DNA from: an uncultured Chitinophagaceae bacterium
GTDB lineage: Bacteria; Bacteroidota; Bacteroidia; Chitinophagales; Chitinophagaceae
Length of the DNA: 64,000 bases
Reading direction: 5' to 3'
Assembly: GCA_963801295.1 (NCBI GenBank)
Contig: CAWDEH010000007.1
Location: 699,848-763,847, forward strand
Shown here: piece after piece, positions 56,326 through 64,000 of the stretch
Layout: each line of letters starts with the position of its first letter
How positions within the stretch are numbered: the first letter of the stretch is position 1
The notes under the pieces: generated by a model
What the model was told of the DNA's origin: nothing
The model's input: only the letters and a program-made list of their open reading frames with translations
The model's database searches: none
Program-made: the position numbers and the translations under genes

Positions 56326-56498
56326 TGTGGAGTGATGGAACTTTGGCAGACATGCCCTCTTGTCTCGGGGGTGGGGATCACAGGATAAACATAGCATAAT
56401 GCCGGTTTCGCCGCAAGGCGTGGCCGACTGGGGTTGACCACCACTAACATTGTGCTACGGCTAACTGCCCCGTGGAGGTTCGAATCCTCCCTCTACAG
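56326..56498 (+). ncRNA. tRNA-like RNA: Asp (GUC) anticodon, Leu-type D arm, ~100-nt structured variable-arm insertion
   Basis: Acceptor TGTGGAG/CTCTACA; D arm ATG-GAACTTTGGCAGA-CAT; anticodon arm CCCTC-TTGTCTC-GGGGG; T arm GGAGG-TTCGAAT-CCTCC. Confidence 0.8.
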
Positions 56499-56502
56499 CT
56501 TG

Positions 56503-56550
56503 AAAAGCCCTGGAATTTAGATTGGATCTGAGTTTCAGGGTTTTTTGTTT
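56503..56550 (+). terminator. Rho-independent terminator after the tRNA-like RNA
   Basis: aagccctggaatttagat-tgg-atctgagtttcagggttt hairpin followed by a T tract. Confidence 0.8.
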
Positions 56551-56606
56551 TTACCTGGCCTGCTGGTTGGCCGATATTAACCATAATATTCCCGGGATAT
56601 CTTATT

Positions 56607-57450
56607 TCACGGAGAATCCTCCCTTACCGATTGCCCCCAGCCGTAAAAAGTAACCGCCAAAAATGCCAGCTCAAAAAACAGTGGCATCGGCAACCAACAG
56701 GAATCCAAGGGGTAAAAGAATCGACAAGCCAAAAAGATATTTATCCATTCGCCTTGTAAAAAAGCCGATGATGAAAAAGCCTTCCAGCACAAACCCCGTT
56801 TTAAACAGGAGATCGGGAATTGCCGGATGCTGAAATATCCATGAATAAATTCTGGAAAGAATGGACTGTGGATCAAAATATACAGAGGCCGTCACATTCT
56901 TTTTCATGATCAGCATGCCCTGCCCGGGGAAGAGCCAGGATCCCCGGAATAATTTCCACAAAAAAGCCGTTGCATAAATATAGCAGGTATAATACCGCAG
57001 CCCCCGCCAGAGCAACAAAAATCCCTCATCATTCCTGATCATAAAAGGAATCGGCAAAAGCAACACGCCAACTTTTGAGTGCGTATGATGAAGACCATAG
57101 CTGTTGAAAATAATAAAATAGAACAGGTATAAAAAGAAAAACGAAAACACCCAGAAACGGCGCCGGGGGTAAATCAAACAACACAGGCAACTCAGAAACA
57201 ACATTGCGTCAAAACACGATGCGACCAGTGGGTGGCCACTGATCATTTCGGGCAGGTGGAGCAGATGAAATATCAGATAGGTAAGGTCTGTCGATGGGAA
57301 TTTTAATACCGGTTGCTGCAATTGGGAAATGAGGGTATGGGAAAAAAAAGAATAGATAAGGGAAATAAAAATCAGGGAGAATACAATCCTGCAGAGGCGA
57401 TCTCTGTAGCCTTTGAAAATATACAATTCAACGCCTACGGTCTGTTCCAT
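56607..57450 (-). CDS. Polytopic membrane protein, HTTM-like; 3' indel
   Basis: Several TM segments; YIYATAFLWKLFRGSW resembles the HTTM Y..A...KL....W motif; HHTH loop. Confidence 0.55.
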
Positions 57451-57977
57451 TTTACCAATGTGGATTCCTGTTCAACTTCCGGCCGGCCTTCCCCGTCATA
57501 TGCCAGTTTTAAGATATTTACTTCCAGTTTGTTTATCCTGGTGCGTGTTGTTGCTTCCAGATAATTGCCATACCATTTCATAAAAGATGCGGCGTTCAGG
57601 GAATCATTGAACAAATCCCCTTTAACCCCATTCAGCAGGTTAAAATATTTTCCAAGTTTTTTCCTGTAATAAGTTTCCTCCGGATCGGTTCCGTTATTTT
57701 CTGCAATGGACCAATAATAACTAAGGGGCGACAACAGATAGAACCGGGTGGCATCCGGATAATCCGAACTGTAGTCCAAAGGGATACTATCGTTGATAAC
57801 AACTTTCAGGACCCTGTAGTCAGGCGCAGGCGCTTCTTTTTCCGAATACATTCCCCAGATAAAAACAGGAGTGATTTCGGTTTTCATCAGATTGGCTACT
57901 ACGGTCAAAATGCAAAAAGCGGCAATTCCGAAGCAAAGCCATTTATTATATTTATATAGTTTTGAAAAATAATTCAT
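57435..57977 (-). CDS. Hypothetical membrane-anchored protein
   Basis: N-terminal TM helix followed by EITPVFIWGMYS; overlaps the start of the downstream gene. Confidence 0.65.
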   Translation of the reverse strand: MNYFSKLYKYNKWLCFGIAAFCILTVVANLMKTEITPVFIWGMYSEKEAPAPDYRVLKVVINDSIPLDYSSDYPDATRFYLLSPLSYYWSIAENNGTDPEETYYRKKLGKYFNLLNGVKGDLFNDSLNAASFMKWYGNYLEATTRTRINKLEVNILKLAYDGEGRPEVEQESTLVKWNRP

Positions 57978-58109
57978 TCACATCCTCCCGCTTTGAACCG
58001 GGAATGGTTAAAGTTAATTTAAAAAAGAAGGCCACGGAGCTTTAGCATTTCTTTAAATACCACCCTGCCTTTTGGCATGGATTTCGACTATACCCCTCAA
58101 ACTGATACT

Positions 58110-58578
58110 ATGAAAAACCTGAATGAACTATACACAAAGTATAATTTACGCGACAAACTGATGCTGATCCTTTTAAGCGCTAGGGATGATCTGTTTCGGG
58201 CTTATATTTCCTGATTCCCTCTCGGATCACAATAAACTGGTTCATTTTTCGGCTCATTTCGGTATGAGTTTCCTGCTGGCATTGTGCTGCTATGCGCTTT
58301 GCTCCATTAAATTCCGGATTCCAAAAGGGATTTCTTATACGGTGCTGATTTCTGCCACCCTGAGTATTGGCATTCTCTATAAATTCTGGGAAATTGCCTC
58401 GCAGGGCATGGTGGGAAATTATAGCTTTCACTCTATCATGGACCAAACCGGCTTTCTGACTTCCATGTCCCAGAACCTTTCGGGATTAATGGCCGCCATG
58501 ATCGTGATTGAAAGCCTGCTCCACAAAAACCTGCTGCCAAACCTGATCCATCATCCGGCTATTAAATCACTTGGCTGA
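58110..58578 (+). CDS. VanZ-like membrane protein; 5' indel
   Basis: NKLVHFSAHF motif and several TM helices. Confidence 0.55.
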
Positions 58579-58607
58579 TAGTTTGTTTGGATTATTTTTG
58601 CCAGGTC

Positions 58608-59321
58608 ATGGCACAAAAAAAGCTTCAACGCTTCGCAGCTATTAAGTCATTTAAAAATGTTCTGGAATACCCGGAAGACATGGCTGGGAAATGGAATCAC
58701 TTTTTTTAAGAACGAAAACCCCATTACCCTGGAACTGGCCTGTGGTAAAGGGGAATACACGGTGGCGCTTTCCGCCATGCATCCGGAAAGAAATTTTATT
58801 GGCGTGGACCTGAAGGGAAACCGCATCTACACCGGAGCTTCCCAATGCACTAAAAACAATCAGCTGAATGCCGCATTCCTGCGCACCCAGATTGATAAAA
58901 TTGACACTATTTTTTACCGGAGGAAGTCAGTGAGATCTGGATCATATTTCCCGATCCGCATCTTCGCACATCAAGGGCAAAAAAAAGACTCACCCATCCC
59001 CGCTTTCTCCGGCTCTATCAGAAAATCCTAAAAAAGGGAGGACTGGTTCATCTGAAAACGGATTCACCCGTATTGTTTTATTTTACCAAACTGATCCTCG
59101 ACCTCTACGGGATACCCCTTCAGCATTATTCAGAGAATGTGTATGGCGAGCCGGATATCCCGCCAGAACTCAGCATCATTACGCATTATGAAAAGCTGGA
59201 TATAGCCCAAAGTAAAAAAATTTTTTACCTGGGTTTCTCCCTGCCCGAAGAACTGTTACCCCTGCCCGAAAAACAATTGCAGGAATTGTTGAAGGAGATT
59301 GAGAAAACGGAAACGAATTGA
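58608..59321 (+). CDS. trmB: tRNA (guanine-N7)-methyltransferase; frameshifted
   Basis: LELACGKGEY, GVDLKGNR, FPDP, KKRLTHP and LKTDS motifs. Confidence 0.92.
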
Positions 59322-59356
59322 GAAATGTATTTGTAATGGAAATATGAAAAATATTT

Positions 59357-59745
59357 ATGGCAACGAAAAAACCAATTCCAAAACCGAGGCTTAAAAACCT
59401 GAAACCCTCGGGAAAGAGAGATCAGAACTTCTTTGAGCAGGTATATGAAGTAACACGACAGATCCCCCGCGGCCGGGTAACCAGTTACGGCGCCATCGCC
59501 GCCTGCCTCGGCGCTAAAAGCTCCGCGCGCATGGTGGGCTGGGCAATGAACGGCGCCGACAAAATAAATCCTACGGTACCTGCCCACCGTGTTGTAAATC
59601 GTGTCGGACTCCTCTCCGGGAAAATCCATTTTAACCCCCCGGAAGAATGGAACAATTACTAAAAAAAGAAGGCGTTCCTGTGAAGGATGATACAGTAGTG
59701 AACTTTAAGGAAAAATTCTGGGATCCAGCAAAAGAGTTGATATAG
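59357..59745 (+). CDS. MGMT-family alkyltransferase-like (ATL) protein; 3' indel
   Basis: IPRGRVTSYGAIA, ARMVGWAM and VPAHRVVN (Ala in place of the catalytic Cys). Confidence 0.88.
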
Positions 59746-59768
59746 ATAATCCGCCAATCCCGGTTCCA

Positions 59769-60332
59769 TCAATAATACGGGCTGATCATCCAATACACCA
59801 CCACTCCTGAAACCGCCACATACAACCACATCGGCCAGGTGATACGCGCGAGTTTTTTATGCTTCAGGAATTTTTCCTGAAAAGCTCTCTGCAGCGTGAA
59901 TAACACAAACGGAATGATGATTCCGGATAAAATAATATGCGAACTCAGCACCACATAATATACATAGCGCAGATTCCCGGCCTGCAACTTTTCTTCTGCA
60001 CTCAACAGCCCGTCGTGATTGAGATCCCCGAACCTGACGGAAGGATTGGTACTGTGATAGATCACATAGGAAATCAGAAATATGGCACTCAATACCACTG
60101 CCGTTAAATTGGCGGCCCGGTGCGCACGTATTCTTTGATGTCTGATAAAATATAAACTCGCCAGCAAAAGGATCGCCGTAGTGGAATTCAGTATGGCGTG
60201 AAACAGCGGAAGCGCCGAAGTATTAAATCCTACATTGATCTTCGACTGCGGGCCCAGGATCAGGGCAGCCACGCCCAGGGGGATGGCTGCAGAGATCACA
60301 ATAATGGGCACTTTCAGGTTGCGTTCCTTCAT
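59769..60332 (-). CDS. DUF420 membrane protein
   Basis: HAILN, FLISYVIYH, HKKLAR and MWLYVAVSG motifs. Confidence 0.88.
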   Translation of the reverse strand: MKERNLKVPIIVISAAIPLGVAALILGPQSKINVGFNTSALPLFHAILNSTTAILLLASLYFIRHQRIRAHRAANLTAVVLSAIFLISYVIYHSTNPSVRFGDLNHDGLLSAEEKLQAGNLRYVYYVVLSSHIILSGIIIPFVLFTLQRAFQEKFLKHKKLARITWPMWLYVAVSGVVVYWMISPYY

Positions 60333-60347
60333 ATCGTCTCCTTCTTT

Positions 60348-61157
60348 TTAACGGGATATTTCGGTTTCCTGAAAAGAAAATAAAGGAGCTATCCCGATGG
60401 CAATGGCAATCAATGTGAGCATCGGCAACATGGGTTTCAGTTCCTGGAGCGGCGAAACATAATCTTTATCCTTCTCCAGCATGATGAACACAATATCATT
60501 GGCCAGTTTCGAGAGATCCGTACTGTCCAGTCCGTTATAGTATCCCCGCACCACATGATCCTTATCCAGCAGCACCATTTTCTGGGTATGAATGAAATTG
60601 GAATCCACGCCTTCGCCATCCACCAGTCCCATTTTCAATTCATTCAATGCAAAGTCATAAATCTCTTTCTTCGGGCCGGTCAGCATCCACCAGAAATCCG
60701 GATCCACGCCAAACTTATCCGCATAAGCTTTCAGCGCTTTCACGGAATCCCGTTCCGGATCTACCGAAAAGGAAATGAATTGAACAAAATTGGGGTTGAT
60801 TTCCTTGAACCGGTCTTTCGTGATCAGTGCATCCTGGAATTTCCTCATATTGGCCGTAAGCTTAGGGCAGATGGAAGGACAACGGGTAAAGAAAAAATCG
60901 GCCACAATCACTTTTCCTTTTGTATCATCCTGCAAAGAAACTTTCTTGCCCAGCTGGTTGGTCAGCCGGATATCCGCTATATGATGCCAAACCGTGTCTG
61001 TGAGTTGCTTGCCATCCTTCATCCGGGTCATAACTGTATCATAAAAATAGCGACGGGGCATGTCGATGGACGTTTCACTGGCTTTCTTCATGATCAGGTA
61101 ACCGGCAAAAGGAATCAGCAGGGCAATAAAAATGGCGATCAGCGCTTTCTTACTCAA
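60348..61157 (-). CDS. SCO family copper chaperone
   Basis: FFTRCPSICP, SVDPERD and FIHT motifs. Confidence 0.92.
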   Translation of the reverse strand: MSKKALIAIFIALLIPFAGYLIMKKASETSIDMPRRYFYDTVMTRMKDGKQLTDTVWHHIADIRLTNQLGKKVSLQDDTKGKVIVADFFFTRCPSICPKLTANMRKFQDALITKDRFKEINPNFVQFISFSVDPERDSVKALKAYADKFGVDPDFWWMLTGPKKEIYDFALNELKMGLVDGEGVDSNFIHTQKMVLLDKDHVVRGYYNGLDSTDLSKLANDIVFIMLEKDKDYVSPLQELKPMLPMLTLIAIAIGIAPLFSFQETEISR

Positions 61158-61240
61158 AGGAAAAGTTTTACAGATAAAAAAACCACCGCCGGCAGGCAAT
61201 GGTTGTTTCAGTTATTTTTATGTTACTTATACCAGCCCTG

Positions 61241-61675
61241 CTACTCAACGCCGGGCTTTTTTGCTTCCGGATGATGTTCAGCTTTCTGAACCTTTGTTTT
61301 ACTTTTCTCATAGAAATCCCGGTCGTACTTATTCCGCAGATTAAGATAAGAATCCCCATCCCCCAGAAACGCAATCACAAACCAGATAAACAATAAACAG
61401 GGAATGGCAACCGTCATCACCATATTTTTGATTTCATGGCCCAGGTGCATAAATTCTGCAATGATAAAAAATGCTTTGGCAAGGGTCATGATAATAAAAA
61501 CGCCGTTCAGAAAATGTTTCGGGAGAAAATCCGTTTCATAATAAATGATCGCAATGAACAGTTCAAATACGGTAATGGCCGTTAACACCCAGAATGTTCT
61601 CCAGATCAGCCGCGTATCAAAACTGTGTTTGTCGGCGTGCTTTGTTTGCGGCATTGCTGTTGTAGCTGAATCCAT
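61241..61675 (-). CDS. Cytochrome c oxidase subunit IV family protein
   Basis: KAFFIIAEFMHLGHE motif; position in the cox operon. Confidence 0.88.
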   Translation of the reverse strand: MDSATTAMPQTKHADKHSFDTRLIWRTFWVLTAITVFELFIAIIYYETDFLPKHFLNGVFIIMTLAKAFFIIAEFMHLGHEIKNMVMTVAIPCLLFIWFVIAFLGDGDSYLNLRNKYDRDFYEKSKTKVQKAEHHPEAKKPGVE

Positions 61676-61691
61676 ACAGGAATAAATTAAA

Positions 61692-62368
61692 TTATAACAG
61701 ATAAAAACAGGTAAATACAAATACCCAGACCAGGTCAACAAAATGCCAGTACAATCCGGCTTTTTCAATCATCAGGTAATGCCCTCTGCGCTCAAAAACT
61801 CCCTTCCAGGTCATAATCAGCATAATAATATTGATGATCACTCCCGAGAAAACATGAAATCCATGAAATCCGGTGATCGTAAAAAAGTAATTGGTAAAAT
61901 TGGTCGATGACTGGGTGCCGTCAATATTCAGAAATGGATTTCTACCCCACCAGGCGCCTTCCATATGCAGATGCGTCCATTCCCAGGCCTGGCAACTCAG
62001 AAAAGCCAGCCCGCCGAGGATGGTCAAAAACATCCATTTCATAACGCCTTTCCTGTCGTTATTATGTCCGGCATCCCACCGCCATAACCATGGTCACGGA
62101 ACTCATGATCAGGATAAAAGTCATCAGACTCACAAAGGCCAGGGGAACCGACATTTCTCCAACGATCGGGAAAGTTCGGAATACCTCATTGGGATTGGGC
62201 CAGGAATTGGAGGAAAACCGTATGGTTCCATAAGAAATCAGGAACGCTCCGAAAGTAAACGCATCACTCATCAGAAAATACCACATCATGAGTTTACCAT
62301 ACTCCACATTGAAACGGGCTTTTTCCGCCACTCCACCATTTTTGACCTACAGGAACTGCTTGTGCCAT
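61692..62368 (-). CDS. Cytochrome c oxidase subunit III (second copy); frameshifted
   Basis: MWYFLMSD, TGFHGFHV and LYWHFVDLVW motifs. Confidence 0.9.
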
Positions 62369-62415
62369 GAGATTGTTTTAATCTGGTTCGCAAATTTATC
62401 TAACAAAAAGCATAC

Positions 62416-63006
62416 TTACTGTAACCACAAAAAGAAAATAAACAGATAGATCCAAAGCATATCTACAAAATGCCAGTACGTGGCAACCACTTCCACCGGC
62501 ACCATATTATAACTCCGATCCGTTTATTTCTCGACCGCACAAACAGGGTAAACAGGGCAATAACTCCGCCCAGTACATGAAGCGCATGTAAGCCGGCAAT
62601 AATATATAAAAACTGAGCGGCGCCGGATCCCCTTAACACGATTCCGTCCAGCCACAGATGCCTGAATCCCAAAAACTGAAGGCCCATAAACACAAGACCC
62701 AGCAGGGCGGTAACGGCAATCAGTGTTCTTATATTTTATCATGCTTCTCTCCCGGAAAAATTTCACGGAAAAATACATGGTAAGACTGCTGATCAGGATC
62801 ACAGCCGTGGAATAAAAGAAAGCAACCGGCACTTCAAAGCTTGTCCATCCGGGTTGTTCTCTTTTTACCATATAGGCACTGGTCAGCCCCGCGAACATCA
62901 TCATGATGCTGCCAATGGCTACCCATAAAGTAAATTTATGGGGATGTATTTTTTTATTCTGTTCAACCACGTTTGTCAATTCTATTGAATGGTTCATCTT
63001 GCTCAA
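62416..63006 (-). CDS. Heme-copper oxidase subunit III (first copy); frameshifted
   Basis: FAGLTSAY, GLHALHV and YWHFVD motifs. Confidence 0.88.
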
Positions 63007-63907
63007 TTCAGTACATGAACTTTATCAATCAGTAAAGCCAGCAACACCACCGGCAGATAAATATAACTGCCGAACATTACTCTTCTTGCCGCCTTGCTGG
63101 TCATTTCCAGATATAACCTGACACAGGTCCCGACCATAAACAGATTGGCAATGAGCACTACAAAAAGACTTATCACACCACTCATGCCATTGAAATAAGG
63201 CATTACCCCAACCGGCAACAGCACCAGCGAATAAATAACTGCCTGAAGGGCGGAATATTTTGTTTGTCCGTCGCCCGATGGCAACAATTTAAATCCGGCC
63301 GCACTATAATCCTTATGCGCAATCCAGGCAATGGCCCAGAAATGGGGAAATTGCCAGAAGAACTGCAAGGCAAAAAGGATCCATCCGCCCGCACTCAGAC
63401 TATCATTCCCGCTGCCCATCCGATCAGGCAGGGCATGGCGCCGGGTATTGCTCCCGCCAGCACCGCCACCGAACTCACTTTCTTCAGCGGGGTATATATA
63501 AAGGCATAGAAAAACAGACTGAAGAGCAGATAAGCGCGGTCAGGAAATTAAAATGCCAGAGTAGCATTACGCCCGCCAATCCGCAAATAGTCGCAAACGC
63601 CATAGCTTCTGCCACCGTCATTCTTCCGGCGGCAACCGGCCGCCCGGCCGTACGCTTCATCATCGCGTCCGTATCTTTTTCCAATGCCTGGTTAATGGCA
63701 TTCGCGCTTCCGGTAACCAGCATTCCGCCGACAAAAACAAGATGATGGCCTGCAGGTCAAATCCGGTAACCATCGGCGCAAGCAAATAACTGATCACCGC
63801 CGAAAATACAACCATGAAGCTGAGGTTGAATTTAACCAGCAGCATGTAGTCTTTCAATTTGCCGCCAACCTAAAAGAACTGGATTGCTTCACCGTTTCCT
63901 GATCCAT
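63003..63907 (-). CDS. cyoE: Heme O synthase (protoheme IX farnesyltransferase); several indels
   Basis: NAINQALEKDTDAMMKRTAGRP and WQFPHFWAI motifs. Confidence 0.9.
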
Positions 63908-63932
63908 CAAATAATCCGATTTATTCCCGGAA

Positions 63933-64000
63933 CTAATGATGCTGTTCATCGGCTCCAAGAGGTTCTGTTTGCGGAATAAAATCTCTTCCGTCTTTACCAT
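63933..64000 (-). CDS. 3' end of cytochrome c oxidase subunit I (partial)
   Basis: Reads GKDGRDFIPQTEPLGADEQHH-stop directly upstream of cyoE, the usual gene order. Confidence 0.6.
   Translation of the reverse strand, partial: GKDGRDFIPQTEPLGADEQHH

Noticed and set aside
56326-56498. Ordinary tRNA-Asp, intron-containing tRNA, tRNA-Sec or tmRNA
   Set aside because: U37 and the 102-nt variable arm are non-canonical; the insert is too short for a group I/II intron and is not in the anticodon loop; the anticodon is not UCA; it lacks tmRNA ends and a tag ORF, and tmRNA has no anticodon arm
58071-58090. Sigma-54 promoter TGGCATGGATTTCG
   Set aside because: The -12 GC dinucleotide is missing; too weak to call

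Overview
Core-genome region of a Bacteroidota bacterium, most likely Chitinophagaceae, judged from TAnnTTTG promoter boxes, a T9SS C-terminal domain and typical gene neighbourhoods. It holds about 65 genes, including fabG, SulP plus carbonic anhydrase, paaZ, lysS, lptC, coaX, meaB, typA, rnhB, gnd-zwf-pgl, trmB and the distal part of a cytochrome c oxidase operon. Many genes are split by 1-nt indels, often in homopolymers; I read these as long-read sequencing errors, not pseudogenes. I saw no prophage, transposase or CRISPR array. The most unusual feature is a ~173-nt tRNA-like gene (56326-56498). It has a tRNA-Leu-type body, Asp identity elements (anticodon GUC), an atypical U37 and a ~100-nt multi-branched variable arm, and it is transcribed divergently from an Lrp/AsnC regulator. 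Other items: a putative SOS-box-controlled degenerate 2H protein with a beta-clamp-type tail, two promoter-to-terminator candidate sRNAs, a possible PPP-ending leader peptide before SulP/CA, and two families of heptamer-built inverted-repeat elements. All product calls come from recognising motifs by eye; no database searches were run.
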